Origin: Octopus bimaculoides
Lineage: Eukaryota
Assembly (NCBI RefSeq): GCF_001194135.2
Contig: NC_068983.1
Coordinates: forward strand, 71,922,140 to 71,986,139
Length of the DNA: 64,000 nt
Reading direction: 5' to 3'
The number at the start of each line of letters is the position of its first letter. The first letter of the stretch is position 1. The notes under the pieces were generated by a model. That model saw only the letters and a program-made list of their open reading frames with translations, did no database searches and had not been told where the DNA came from. This document shows positions 37,905 through 52,019 of the stretch, piece after piece. The translations under genes were made by a program, and so were the position numbers.

Positions 37905-38035
37905 TTAAGTTTCAGCTCACCAGATTTCATTCATAAGGTTTTGGTTAAACTTAGGTTATGAGAGAATAATGGTATGCACTTGCCCAAGGTGATGTGTAGT
38001 GGTATTGAACCCAAACCATGTAGTGTCACAGTAAG
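37905..38035 (-). mobile_element. Family A SINE fragment
   Basis: cacttgcccaaggtg...ttgaaccca. Confidence 0.5.
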
Positions 38036-38287
38036 TGTCTTAAATGTACAGTATTAGTTGAGAATTTAATCAGTAAACTTAGAGCTGAGTTCAGCAATAA
38101 TGTGGTTGAGGTTAATGAGAAAATTGTTACACCCTATAATTCTCATTGTAAATAACTTTCAATAATCCTTGATACTGCTCCTATGTGAAGAACATAAAAA
38201 AAACTGAAGGCTTTGATGGGCTCTAAGGAATCTTTATGTTTGAACAATATTATTGCACACAAACAATTGTAATATTTGGCAGTTATT

Positions 38288-38678
38288 GCAGAGTGGCTGT
38301 GTGGTAAGTAGCTCGTTTACCAACCACATGGTTCAGGGTTCAATCCCACTGCATGGCACCTTGGACAAATGTCTTCTACTATAGCCTTGGGCCGACCAAA
38401 GCCTTGTAAGTGAATTTGGTAGACGGAAACTGAAAGAAGCCTGTCATATATATGTATATGTATATATATGTCTATGTGCATGTTTGTGTTTGTCCCCACT
38501 ACATCACTTGACAACCGATGCTGGTGTGTTTACGTCCCCGTAACTTAGCGGCTCGGCAAAACAGACCGATAGAATAAGTACTAGGCTTACAAAGAATAAG
38601 TCCTGGGGTCTATTTGCACGAATAAAGGCGGTGCTCCAGCATGGCCGCAGTCAAATGACTGAAACAAGTAAAAGAGTA
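38288..38678 (+). mobile_element. Family A SINE, near full length
   Basis: Near-identical to 416-849. Confidence 0.9.
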
Positions 38679-38954
38679 TATGTATAATTCTTCCCCCCAT
38701 TCTCTCTGTCTGTCTGTCTGTCTGTCACACATACATTGTGGAAGACAATCTTCCAATCAAATTACAGAAACAATGTTACCCATTGGCTTTCAGAATTGCT
38801 GATACTATTTGTCACTTGTAACTCCTAACAGAAGTATTACCGTTTTATGGTAACTGGATGGGATTTGAACTCAAAATACACAAAGCCAGAACAGATATTG
38901 CAAAGGCATCCCCATTTGATGCTCTGGCAATTCCAACAACCCACATTCCTGGGT

Positions 38955-39075
38955 TAGTTCTGAAAGGATGAAAGGCAAAGTTGACTTCAGTCGGATTTGA
39001 ATTCAGCATTGAGAGAGTTGGGACAAATACTGCAAGCATTCTATTCAACACTCTAATGACTCTGACAATTTGCTG
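38955..39075 (-). mobile_element. Family N SINE fragment
   Basis: gaaaggatgaaaggcaaagttgacttcagtcggatttgaattcag. Confidence 0.7.
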
Positions 39076-39086
39076 CTTTGATATGT

Positions 39087-39123
<37 letters not shown>

Positions 39124-40102
39124 TGAGCATGAATGTGTGTATAACAAAATGTAATTCTTTTACATCAGACATATTCCTTGTCCTTAAGCTGAAAAAGACC
39201 AATAAATAAATATTTAGTGCATATTGATAATTTCAGCATTATAATATTATAAATACCATTTAGTAGACATCTATTATACTCATCTGTGATACAGTGGATA
39301 AAGAGTATTAGAATCCTGTGTGAAGTAAATGTTTATGAGTATAATTCTGATTTGAAAACATGTGCACTGGAAATACGATGAAGACTAAACTGTTTGAAAC
39401 ATATCTGACAAAAAATACATATACAAAAAATATACAGCAAACATGTTTTATATCTTTTATTTTATAACATCAGTCGAATATGAGCCAATGTAGGCACTTC
39501 TACACAACATTTTAATCTGCTAGAAATAGAGGCCAAATTTGTTTCAAATCATAACTTACAGTATTTGTTTCTTAAAAAAGAAGACATTCAATAATGCAAT
39601 CCTAAATATATCATTCATGTCTTTATCTTGTCCATTTTACTACTTGGCATGGGTTGAATAGAGACTTAAAACAGGATTTGACAGATAGATGACCTTCCAG
39701 TCACCAGATGTTACTGTGGTTTTACGTAAAAGATTTAAAAAAATTTATTGGTCTTTGAAAGTACAAAGTGACAGGATATACTGTAACCATTAGATCCCTG
39801 TTTTGCTTGGACAGTGTCATGCAAAGACATGGAATGTCAATGTCCATGCACACACATACATGTGTCATTGTTCTCATTTTATGTCTACTTTCCATTGTTT
39901 TGTTGTTTGTTGGTTAGTTGCTGTTTGACAACTTCTGTGCCTTTAAGAAATAAGAAAGCTTGTGCTGTGGTTTGCTGGTGGTTGGAAGATCCACATACAT
40001 CATTATGTTTGGTTTTCCTTTTAATTTGCTATCATTCGTTCATTCTCCATCCCTTGCTACACATGCTATAAGTACAGTTAACACAGGTTATCAATATTAT
40101 TA

Positions 40103-40149
<47 letters not shown>

Positions 40150-40151
40150 GT

Positions 40152-40340
40152 AGGTGTGAGCTGACAGAATTGTTAGCATGCTAAGTAAAATACTCAGCAA
40201 CATTTCATCTGTCTTTACATTCTGAGTTCAAATTTTGTTGAAGCTGACTGTGCTTTTCATCCTTTTATAAGCACTTGGGTCGATGTAATCAACTTAACCC
40301 CTTCCCTGAAATTGCTGGCCTTGTGCCAAAATTTGAAACC
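40152..40340 (+). mobile_element. Family N SINE preceded by long (ATT)n
   Basis: gagctgacagaattgttagcatg...ttctgagttcaaatt...ggccttgtgccaaaatttgaaacc. Confidence 0.8.
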
Positions 40341-40439
40341 ATTATTGTTGTTGTTGTTATGCAAGCTTGGTATGATGTTATTATCATTGTTAGGTGGGTT
40401 ATCTGCTGGATCACAATATAGAGAAAAGAGGGTAGCTCT

Positions 40440-41080
40440 TAATGTTTGTTTTCCATGCTGGCATGGGTTGGCTGGTTTAAGAGAAGCTATGCCAAGCCAG
40501 AAGGCTGCACCCAGCTGCAATGACTGCTTTGGCATGGTTTCTACAACTGGATGCCCTTCTCAATGCCAACCACTTTACAGAGTATTGTGGGTACTTTTTA
40601 TATGGCACTGACACCAGTGAGGTCACCAAGTAACACACAAAACAAAAACCCCTCAAATGAGTAGGGAGTAGAAGTGAGGGAATTGGCTTTATGCCAGATG
40701 ATAAAAGGTTAAAGCATAACAGAAGAGTGTCTCACAGACACACACACATAATAAATTTTCATACAGTTTCTCTTGACCAGTTCCACTCACAAGGCATTGG
40801 CAGACTGGAGGCTAATACTAAAACACACTTCCCCAAGGTGCTGCAAAAGAAAAAAAAGGAAAAAGAAAAAAATAGGTGATGATGATCATCATCAACATTT
40901 AATGTCCATTTTCCATACTGGCATGGACTGGATAGTTTGACAGAATTTGTTGAGCCATAGAGTCACATTGAGCTCCGATGTCAGTTTTAGCATAGTTTCT
41001 ATGGCTGGATGCCCTTCCCAATCTCAAGCACTTTGCAGAGTGTACCGGGTGCTTTTTTGTGCATCACCAGTACAAGTGAG
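40440..41080 (-). mobile_element. Cluster of RTE-tail fragments (40440-40620, 40890-41080) and a family A fragment (40745-40845)
   Basis: ttccatgctggcatggg...ggcatggtttctac..ctggatgccctt repeated twice. Confidence 0.65.
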
Positions 41081-42464
41081 GTTGTCAAGTAACTTGCAAG
41101 ACAAGAAATGAAAAGAACAGGAAAAAAGAAAAAGGAGGGAAAGAAAAAAGAAAAATGGAGAAAGCCTCCTTTACTAAATGGGGGTATTGTGGCTGGCAGT
41201 ATTTGTTTGAGAGAAGGAAGAAGGGTGATGGTTCAATGCCAGGTGTTGAGAGATTAGAATATGATTGAAGAACAAGTGTCTTGCTATAGAGATACAAGGC
41301 CACCCCACATATATAAGGGTGGGTGGGAGTAGATGGAAAGCTGAGAAAACAAGAATAAAGTGGTGGCTGAATACCAGAGTATTTCAAGATACCAGGTGGG
41401 TGTGAGATGTAGAAAGTGGATTGCAGGGGTTAAGAGTAGAGGTGGATGTAATTAGTGATGGTGAAAGATATAAGAGTGGTTTGAGGCAGATGACTATGGT
41501 AAGTGGAGCATTGGTAAGTGGAGAGGACATTAAAAGTAATAGAAGAAGAGAGAATTGTTAAAAATGGAGTAAAGTCAAGGAGAAAGAGCAATGACTGAAT
41601 GCATGCAAAAGATTGGTGGAAACAGTGTGGGCAGGGATGATAAGCAACATTGATAATGATCGAACAGATTAATAGGATTATTATGTCTTATGTTATCTGG
41701 TACTTTCCTGTGACTCAGTGCTAACCCATACCAATCCTAACCACTTCAGTGTAATGCCAAGTTTTTGTCGAGTGATTTATTTCATTTTTTTTTTTCCAAA
41801 TATTATCAAATTTATTCACTGATATTAATAAATTTATGAAATCCATTTCTTATAATTTGTCTAATGTCTGACTCAAATCAGTTTGAAGTGGAAGCCAATT
41901 TATGATGTTTTATTAGAATTCTTTGAAGGAAAGAAGTCACTGACAAGTGTAATAATCAAATGGAAACCATAATGATTTTCTTCAGTCTTCTTTTGGATCA
42001 AATAAGCGATTACATCAATGTATAATAATAATACCAAGTTGATATAGCAATGTAATAAAACTAGCTGTTACGCAGGAGCTTTATTATGTCAGTTTTTGCC
42101 AAGAGGCAAGAAGGATATTTGATTATCAAAGTCAACAAAACTGTGAACTCAGAAGCAAAGAAGGAGATTTTTATTATTCAATGTCATAATCTTCTCTATG
42201 AGAAGAACCAAACTAATAGCTTCAGCTTCATTTTTTTCTCTTTTCATATAAATCTCTCATAGGGTGCCAAATTTATCCAAGAAGATCAGTCTAAATCTTT
42301 TATATATACTCCCAACATACATACTCGGTCATCACCCATACACACTTCAAAAGGATAGAATTATAATCTATGATAATCTCTTAGATGAACTTGAACACCA
42401 GCCTTCAAATGAGATATATATTTCCTTTTCAACAACCAACTGTTAGTGAGAGGTTTTTCTGAAA

Positions 42465-42654
42465 TGAAATACAGGTGCAGCCATGATCACTTTGCAACCA
42501 TGTGGTTTCAGGTTCAGTCTCATAGTACAGCACCTTGGGAAAGTGTCTTTTACTAGAGTCCCAAGGCCTATCAATGCCTTATGAGTGAATTTGGTAGACA
42601 GAAACTGTGTATAAGCCTGTTGCATGTGTGTGTGTGCATGCGTGCATGTGTGTG

Positions 42655-42685
<31 letters not shown>

Positions 42686-42890
42686 CTTTGTCTGTCTCCA
42701 CAATCACTTGACAACTGGTGTTGGTATGTTAATGTCATTGCAACTTAGCAGTTTAGCAAAAGAGACTGATAGATAAAATACCAGACTTTTAAAAAATAAA
42801 TACTGGGGTCAGTTTGTTCAGCTAAAACCCTTCAAAGCAGTGTGCCCAGCATGGCCACAGGTCTAATGACTGAAACAAGTAAAAGATAAA
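42465..42890 (+). mobile_element. Family A SINE (diverged)
   Basis: gcaccttgggaaagtgtctt...(TG)n...gcaacttagcagtttagc...gactgaaacaagtaaaagataa. Confidence 0.8.
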
Positions 42891-43537
42891 TGAAGATTCC
42901 TTTTAAGTGATCACAGTATGTGTATAAGAAGTTAAAAGGTTTGCCTTCTTTGATGGATGGGATAGTAACTGAATCATTGATTACAAAAAACGTTCAGATT
43001 CAGATTCTTAAACTTAAAGCTGTAATTTAAAATATAGCAGTATAGAAGTCATAAATATACACTCTTGTGTGTAGGTCTTTAAAAAATATAAAATACGTAA
43101 CATGAATAGAAGTTGGTGCAGGTATGTCTGTGTGGGGACAAAATTTGCTTTGCAATCACATAGTATTCAGTTTAGTCCTTCTGTGTAACACTTTGGGTAA
43201 GGGTCATCGACGAGCTTTGGGCTGATCAAGAAACTGAGAAACCTGCCATGTATGTGCATGTGTGTGAATGTTGTTTCCACTAATCTTTATTAACATCATT
43301 TGATGCAAATCAGCCTTTGCAGGCAGTTTGAGTGGCTCCATCGAGATCAGAGTAAAAGGACCACTTGAATGAAAATATCTTAGTTGAAAATGAAGTAAAG
43401 GTTGATTACAGAAAGAGTATCTGGCTGAAAAAATTTACCTCAGCAAATTTTGTCAAACCCATGCTTGGATGGAAAAATGGATTTAATAATAATGAGGATG
43501 ATAATGACGATGATGATGATGGCATGTGTGTATGTGA

Positions 43538-43538
<1 letters not shown>

Positions 43539-43611
<73 letters not shown>
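43539..43611. repeat. (TG)n microsatellite
   Basis: Pure TG run. Confidence 0.95.
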
Positions 43612-43613
<2 letters not shown>

Positions 43614-44649
43614 GTATCTACATCTAGTTTACATAACTATAAGACAAAAATTATGTATATTGGTAGCTAAAACGCAAACACACATGTTTGACTTAGTTCA
43701 ATGTTACCCCGTTGTGTATGGCATAGAGGGCCAACCATTTCTTTTCAATTTGGATTAGTGGTAGGCACATCATACCATGCAGATAGGTACATCATATATC
43801 TCCTGGCTTTAATATCTTTAATGGTGCTTGCTATGTAGCAAGCTTTTAAGCCAGGCTCCAGGCAAGTGGTAACTGTAAATTCACAGTGCAATAAAATCCT
43901 ATAAAATCCTTGAATACTTCCCTGGATGCCAAAATCTAAACTTCAAATCACTGGATTTTTTCCTGTTTTTTTTTTCTATATCTGTAAACTTTTTTCTGAC
44001 CTAAATCTCTCTCCAACACACACACACACACACAAAGCCTAATTAACATGTAAAACACAGATCTTGTTCTACTTTAAGACACAATCCTCTAAACCCTTAT
44101 TTATACCTACCTTCCCTGTTACACTCTTTACTCAAACTTCACTCCAAGCTGTGGCATCTGTGCATATGCAGGTTACACTCACTTCTCATTTGGATATGAG
44201 CAACAAAGACTTGTATTAGCTCTGGCTCCAAAGTCTCCTTCCTACTATTCTTTCAGACACATCTGCTTATTCTATCATTCTCTGAACCTCTTCAACCATC
44301 CACAGCTTTTCTTGTATTGAGGAAATCTATCTCACCTCACCTTCAGCCACTGCTCTATCAAATAATAGTCCTCAGTGACTTCGACGATCATCTCACACTG
44401 ACGCTACTGGTGCAAATACCAAATCTCTTGAAACTCTCAGCAGAATTACTTACCACACCCCCACATACTACACAATACCCCCACCTCTTCTACACTAAAG
44501 CACTTCAAGTTAATAGATTACTTGGGGCTCTACCAAATCTATGTTAACAATCAATAGCAGTGGATATGCTTCACTTCTAGGTATGTCTCCCCACAACCTG
44601 CACACAATTAAAACTCATGTCCCCAAGCCATTCAAGTGGTTTATTAATA

Positions 44650-45198
44650 CAGGGTGAGGCCAAAAAACAGAACTCATAAATCTTTGAATAAAATTGTTTG
44701 AAAATAACACAGAGGAATAGATTGAGATGAACAGTGGTTCCAGCAAGATGGGGCCACCCCTTATGCATCAAATGACTCCCTAGCCTGGCTGAGAGAGCGA
44801 TTTCAGGAGAGACTGATCAGCAGGAAGTGTGACACTGAGAGGGCATCACACTCACCGGACTTGAACCCCCAGATTTTTATCTGTGGGGGTATCTCAAGGA
44901 TAATGTTTACCAGAACAACCCTCAAACGATTGGTGAACCGAAGGCAGCAATTACAGCAGAAATCATGGAAACCCCCAAAAAGGAATGTGTTCGAGTAAGT
45001 GACAATTTTGCATGATATATGCAAGTGTTTGTGTGACGTATGCCATTCGGAGCATATTTTGAAAAGAACATGACTTTTATGCAAAGGGAATGATCGTACA
45101 CAGACCAAAGTTTAAGTCCAGCAAATTTCAAGAAATTTGCTGAACATTTGTAGGATTTAATAACATTTTTATGGGTTCCGTTTTTTGGGGTCACCCTG
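44650..45198 (+). mobile_element. Tc1/mariner DD41D (rosa/VS) internal-deletion derivative, 549 bp
   Basis: TA at 44648-44649 and 45199-45200. TIRs CAGGGTGAGGCCAAAAAACAGAACTCATAAA / CAGGGTGACCCCAAAAAACGGAACCCATAAA. Peptide WFQQDGATP...SPDLNP(P)DFYLWGYLK gives 41 residues between D2 and D3 after restoring one base. Confidence 0.9.
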
Positions 45199-45556
45199 TA
45201 GTTGTGCTGTAGCTGTGCAGGCGAAGAACATAGTCTATAAGGCTTGGGGAAAATCACCCACCCCTACAAACTACAGGACTCGTATCTAGTACTGCAACTC
45301 CTGCAAGACTATTACCCAGCCTGTAAAGGATATCTCTAAACATTACATAGCCTGTAAACTCTCTTACTTCCCAAATTCTCCAGCAATTTTCCATACTCTT
45401 CCTATCATCCACTTCTCAACCATAACAGCACTGTAAGCAGTTACTTCCCTGAAAAAGCTTCAACATTTGCTGACTGTTTTGCATCCAACTTCACATTGAC
45501 ACATTAAGTAAATCTTCAAAATCCACTCCACCATTCTCACCATCATGCACTTATAC

Positions 45557-45947
45557 TGTTGCTGTTGTTGGCACTCCGCCGCTTATGACGTTGAGGGTTC
45601 CAGTTGATCCGATCAACGGAACAGCCTGCTCATGAAATTAACGTGCCAGTGGCTGAGCACTCCACAGACACGTGTACCCTTAATGTAGTTCTCGGGGATA
45701 TTCAGCATGACACAGTGTGACAAGGCTGACCCTTTGAATTACAGGCACAACAGAAACAGGAATTAAGAGTGAGAGAAAGTTGTGGTGGAAAAGTACAGCA
45801 GGGTTTGCCACCATCCCTTGCCGGAGCCTCGTGGAGCTTTAGGTGTTTTCGCTCAATAAACACTCACAATGCCCAGTCTGGGAATCGAAACCGCGATCCT
45901 ATGACCGTGAGCTTGCTGCCCTAACCACTGGGCCATTGCACCTCCAC
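45557..45947 (-). mobile_element. Family C SINE, full length, with TSD
   Basis: Reverse complement of 3432-3811; 11-bp TSD tgcacttatac at 45546-45556 and 45948-45958. Confidence 0.9.
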
Positions 45948-46124
45948 TGCACTTATACACATCAAGTTTAAAATAAAAAAAATCTCCTGTCATTTCAAAT
46001 TAACATGCCATTCTTCTTGAGAATATCTCTCCCATCATGCTCAAGCAATTCCTCCAACAAGTAGAGCCTATCCTATTAAACTCTTCAATCCCTCTACATC
46101 TACAAGAATAAGTTTCAATCCTTG

Positions 46125-46310
46125 GGTGCACCCAGTACACTCTGTAAAGTGACTGGCATTAGGAAGGGTATCCAGCGATAGAAACCATGTCAAAGTCGAT
46201 ATTGGGGTTCGATGTAACTTTACAGTTCATTGGATCTTGTCAAAATGTTCAATTCATGCCAGCATGGAAAAAAAATGTTAAATGATGATGATGATGATGA
46301 TGATGATTAA
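46125..46310 (+). mobile_element. RTE-tail fragment with (GAT)n
   Basis: ttaggaagggtatccagc..tagaaaccatg...atgccagcatggaaaa..gttaaa(tga)n. Confidence 0.7.
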
Positions 46311-46489
46311 ATATATATCATGGACTCTCCCTTCATTAGACAACAAATGTGGGTTCTGCAATTTTTTTTCTGAACAGCCACAAGTTGATTTATTTATAGT
46401 GATCAAATGTTTGTATTCACATAAGCTCACTTCCTCCATTAAATTGACATTACCTGTGCAGGTGCACGGTGTGTCACATGTCAGACGAC

Positions 46490-46622
46490 AAAATGATCAC
46501 AGAGCAATGTGAAATGAAGTATTTTGTTCAAGAACACAACAGAACACATGGTCTGGGATTCAAAACCATGATCTCACAATCATGAATGCAACACCCTAAC
46601 CACTTAGCCATGCGCCTTCACA
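46490..46622 (-). mobile_element. Family B SINE head
   Basis: Reverse complement reads gaaggcgcatggctaagtggttaggg...gtgttcttgaacaa. Confidence 0.7.
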
Positions 46623-47959
46623 CATGTGCATATATATAGTGTCTTATTAAAGATGAAAAGCTTCACAACTGTTACTCTAAGTTTCATATAACCAATCATC
46701 ACACAAAAGTTAACTTTGGGAACAATACAATGGTTTATGAATGGTGCAGTTATCCAACAGGTTTCATGGGTTTTGAAATGTCTCAGCAGTTTTGAAATGT
46801 CCAGTCGGCTTTAAGTGTTTATTTGCTATTTTGTAAACTAACCTCCACATCCAAGCAATATCCACATGCAACACCTCATGCCAAATCTACACTAACTGCA
46901 TAAAGAGCTCTAAAGTATCCTCCAATAGGCATCACGCTATCTTGGCCCACTAAACAGCAAAAAGATATCGTCACTGCATATATCAACGTAACATTAGCCC
47001 ATCTTAACCCCACTTAAACACAAACAGTGCACAACTAGGACCTTCACAATCACTTCAAGTTTTGTCATTATTGACAATCTCTCCTGGTAGACACATAATC
47101 ATAACATAGTAAAGACTACATCATAAAGACTGACCTTCCTCTTCAGGGCCAGAAAATAATACTTCAGTCTTCAACAGCTACCAATCCTCTACAAATCTAA
47201 GATGAGTCCTTAATAGAGCATAGCTCCTGCATCTGGAGCAAAGCTATTATAACACATACTCTGGACTGCATCCAAAGAAAGGTCACTTAACTGTGTGCAT
47301 GATGGTATGAAGTTCTCACCAATGCACTACAACCTCTAGCCCACAAATGTGCCATATCCTCTTTCTCTACCTTTTCAACTACACTACTACTACTACTACT
47401 ACTACTACTACAGTGGTGTTTGTTTCTTAGAGCTGACTCTACCATCATTCAGTTACTCACAACTCACTTATTTGCCATCTCTTTGCCCATCACTATTTCC
47501 AGTCCTTCCTTCTCAGAATGCTGTCTCTTTGGAATTGTTTTCCAAGATATTTTGTTCTTTATAGCAGTCAGCTTGCAACTGTTCAAGAGGGATGTTAACA
47601 ACACTGATCTGACCAGTCTCAGAAGGCCTATAAAGCTTGTGTATACAGCTCCTTATTCGAGAGTAAACCAATAAAAATAATAATAGGGCATACTTTAGTG
47701 AAAAAAATGCTATTGTAATATATTTTTGTTTTAGAAAATGTATTAAAATTAAAACTAGATATGATTTTATTCAGCTGTCTATCGGAATATGTTCAACCCA
47801 TCACCCACCAAAATGTGATCAGCTACATCAAATATTAAAAATTGCACATTTTGTACTTTAATAAAGACATACACATGCATGCATACACACATACAGACAC
47901 ACGTGAGTGCACACACACACACACACACACATGAGCATACACAGATACACACACATGTA

Positions 47960-48075
47960 CAAGGTGGGTTCAGTCCCACTGTATGACAACTTATGCAAAT
48001 GTCCTTTACTATAGCATTGGGCTGGCCAAACTATTGTGAGTGAATTTGGTCGATGGTAAATGAAACAGACCTATT
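47960..48075 (+). mobile_element. Family A SINE fragment
   Basis: gggttcagtcccactgt...gtgagtgaatttggtcgatgg. Confidence 0.6.
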
Positions 48076-48919
48076 TGTTGTGTGTGTGCATGTGTGTATC
48101 TGTATATCCTTGTGTGTGTATGTGTGTGCATGCGTGAGAGAGAGAGAGAGTGTATCTCTTTGTTTTCATATCATGCAATAATTGTAAATAAGCATTCATC
48201 ATAGCAGTGGTGTTGTTCATTTGCAGTCTTCTATTGAAACATGCCTGGCTGTTGTGCTGATTGTGTTTGAAGGACTAGGGTAAATATTGCCTTGCTTGGA
48301 ACCAAGTGAAGGCTGACAAGAAGAGTATGTAGATGTAGAAAATCTACCTAAACAAATAATGTCTGATCCATGGATAATGGAAAAAGGAAAAGTTATCATG
48401 ATGATGATGATGATATACATATATATATATCGAAAGGATGAGTTATAATACTATTCCACATATACAAAAACAACCATACCAACAATCCAACATACCTTCA
48501 TCATCAGCTGCCGCATGGATATCATTATGGTTTTGACACCTGGGCAGTACCATTCACTAAAATAAGTGTTGCTTGGGAACAAGCATACCAAAGAAAGCAC
48601 AACTTTCAAACACATCTACCCTATGTACAACAGTATCAGTAAATAAATTCAGTAAGTAAATCTATAACCAACTCCTATATATATATATAATTCAAATTTC
48701 TCCACCCTCACATTTTGTGTTGCTTTTATTTTTTTTTTATGCATTTGTTTTTTTTTCTTTCTTTGGTTATTGTATGCATACTATGTTTTTTTTTGTTTCT
48801 TTGAGAACTATATTTCATGTATGAATATAAGCATAAAACTGAGCAGCAACTCTTGAAATACCAATTCTGTCAGTCTGTTTGTCTCTCTCTTTCTCTCTGC
48901 ATATGTGTGTGTGTGTATG

Positions 48920-49195
48920 TACGAGCGAGATCGTTGCCAGTGCCCCTGGACTGGCTTGTGCGGGTGGCACATAAAAGACACCATTTCGAGCGTGGCTGTT
49001 TTCGTGCGGGTGACACGTAAAAGCACCCACTACACTCTCTGAGTGGTTGGCGTTAGGAAGGGCATCCAGCTGTAGAAACTCTGCCAAATCAGACTGGAGC
49101 CTGGTGTTGCCATCCGGTTTCACCAGTCCTCAGTCAAATCGTCCAACCCATGCTAGCATGGAAAGCGGACGTTAAACGATGATGATGATGATATA
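48920..49195 (+). mobile_element. Non-autonomous RTE-tail element with (GAT)n tail
   Basis: Sister of 7200-7525. Confidence 0.85.
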
Positions 49196-49965
49196 TATGA
49201 GAGAGAGAGAGATAAGATAGGTATATAGATGTATACACACACATATATTATGTATAAGGACTACATGTGGATCTATTCAAAATGTCATGAGACAAACATG
49301 GATACATACATGTTTTTACATGCACACACATATATATGTATACATACAAACATTTATATTTACAACTATAAAATTACATTCATAGATATATATCTATATG
49401 CCTGTGTGTGTGTGTGTGTGCATCAATACACATACACCTGTGTATATCAATATATTTATACAGAAACATATAGTCATAGATATGTGATATCCAATGTTGA
49501 AATCAAAGCTAGAGAAAAATTCAAGAATACCATCAAATTATTTTATTAACAATGGAGAATGATGCATATAAAGATTATTTTTCAATATAACAGATATTTA
49601 TCTCAACACATCTCTTCCATATATATTTCTAGTATAATGTTAGATTTAGAGAAGTTATAACTAATATTTCTCTTGACACAAAAGAACAATGTATTACAAC
49701 TTGCAAAGTTTTGACCAAACAAACATTTCTTTGAATAACCGGAACCTTCTCTTGAATTACCAGGATTCACCTTGGAGTGAAATCTGGGCTATAAAATGTA
49801 GGCCAAGTTTTTTAATGAAGATATAACTGATGTGTATATATTAGGAGACTGTTGAGAAAATGAAAGAAATGAACCATCATAACCTTTTCCTTGCTTATTC
49901 CTAATACTATGATAAACTAACTGTTACTTTGTAAAATTGTCAATAAAATCTAAGAGAAAAACTAC

Positions 49966-50014
<49 letters not shown>

Positions 50015-50016
50015 AG

Positions 50017-50088
50017 NNNNNNNNNNNNNNNNNNNNNNNNNNNNNNNNNNNNNNNNNNNNNNNNNNNNNNNNNNNNNNNNNNNNNNNN
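50017..50088. other. Assembly gap (72 N) inside (AG)n/(AGGG)n
   Basis: N run. Confidence 1.
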
Positions 50089-50487
50089 GAGGGAGGGAGG
50101 GAGAGAGGGGGAGAGAGAGGGAGGGAGAGAGAAAGAGAGAGAAAATTATCACATAACTCCAAGAGTGTTTTCTAAAAAATATGATGGCTTTTCATGACTG
50201 AATAGTTATTTGAATCAAGTTATTCTTCTGGAAGAAATCAACTGAACAGGGTTTTTTTTTAATTCTCTAACTGAAGTGGTTTGTCAAATTCTGTGCAGGC
50301 TTTTAAGTTGAGTTTTCTGAAGCAAGGAATTTACACTAGCCATTCACTTGACAATAGTATAAAGAACAATATTTTTGTATTGTTTTCTGTATTATTTTGT
50401 GATTCCCAGGCTCTGAGTATAAACTGATATTCATACAATTTGAAATGTCTTTAGTTCATACTCAAAGACAACTTTCAGTAACTTTCA

Positions 50488-50684
50488 TTGTTAGTATGCC
50501 AGGCAAACTGCTTGGTGACATTTTGGTCCGTCTTCACATTCTAAGTTCAAATTCCGCTGAGGTCAACTTTGCCTTCCATCCTTTCAGGGTCGATAAAGTA
50601 ATTGCCTGTCAAGTACTAGGGTCAATGTAATTGACTTCCTACTCCTTTCAGAAACTGTTGATCTTGCGTCAACATTTGAAACCA
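50488..50684 (+). mobile_element. Family N SINE
   Basis: gttcaaattccgctgaggtcaactttgccttccatcctttcagggtcgataaa. Confidence 0.8.
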
Positions 50685-52019
50685 TATTACAAACACACAT
50701 ATAGTGGGGTGCAGCATTTTAGTTTGATAAATACTGAACAGTAACCATTGCTATATCTACTCTTGAACTGTTTAATACAATTCTTTACAGAATTATAATT
50801 TGTAAAACAACTAAAGATTTTTGGTGTAGAATATATAAATTCATCTTACTTGTAGAGAAATGTTAGATAATACCTGATGCAGTAAGAGTTTAAGTAAACT
50901 GTTTGAAATTAAAAAGAGGAATGAATAGATGATTAAGAATATAAAAACATGAAATGTAATATATTCCTCAGTATATATTAGGGATAAACAAGTACCAAAT
51001 TATGAGCACAATGGAAAAGAGAAGAATTAAGTGAGAAGGTAGAAGTAGAATATGAAAAATCCCTCTTCAGAAGTCAAACTCCTTTTACTGACATGATAGA
51101 TACTTACAGGGTGTGTGTGTGTGTGCAAAAACAGAGTTATGGAGTTTGAAACCCTAGGAAATAGAATGCCTGAAAACCATTTGAGGATCTGGTTATGCAA
51201 TAGGCAACATAATAGTTGAATATTAGATCAAGCAATCAACATTTGACTGCTTGCCCACTTGCCTGTCTGCCTTACTATGTTGAGATGAACAGCAACAATA
51301 ATAAATGCAGAAGAGCAGTAGTTGAAGCATTCAGACTGGTTCACCTTGCCGCTTCCATTGTGGATACAGAATGTACAAGTATACAAAAAATGTACAGGTA
51401 TACAAAACAGGCTGGACAATGAAAAAGTACATCTCCTGACTTGCTATGCTATGCCCCATACCATTATTCTTCATATCTAAGAATTTGACGTCTGATCCTT
51501 AACCATCTGGAGATGCATCATATGTAGTGCTATGAATCTGTGTATCATGCCAAGTCTTTTGACTGACAACTTACAACTACTTGACTGACTTAGATCTACA
51601 CAATAACAACAACAACAACAAAACTTGTAGAACTAATTAGGTAGGTGAGATCTGAAGATACAGGCTTGAAATTTCACTATAAATAGTAAACATTCATTAT
51701 CCAAAATAGCTTCAACAGCTTTGGACCTGTATATAGTTACAGTATACTACTAGCTAGATGGTTGTTGCAGCTGTTGGTTTACCCTAGGTCAAGGCTGATT
51801 GAGTAGAACTCTGTTTGAAGAATTTCCAGCAGGGACCATCATGTTTTTAGAGGAGTATTTAGGGTATTCTTCCTTTCCTCCCTTTTTAATACAGCAAGGT
51901 GTGATTTAATGGAGACCTTGCTGCTATTTCTAGCAAGTTCAATGACCATGTAGAGACTCTGCACATTATTGGTATATTATTGGAGCCTGCACATGGTCAA
52001 TAACAATCATAGTAATTAT

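Larger units (their letters stand above)
44060..47340 (+). mobile_element. Decayed jockey/I-group APE-RT LINE, fragmented by later insertions
   Basis: IIVLSDFDDH (GDFN endonuclease motif), KWFINSCAVAVQAKN across the mariner insertion, and NLSW..H....RLTFLFRARK.YFS.QQL..LYK (post-RT). Many stops; clade not resolved. Confidence 0.65.

Noticed and set aside
41150-41650. Purine-rich tract, possibly a minus-strand jockey-like LINE piece
   Set aside because: Compositionally similar to 44060-47340 but I could not read a diagnostic motif.
51650-51680. CTGAAGA...GAAATTTC
   Set aside because: No credible stem II.
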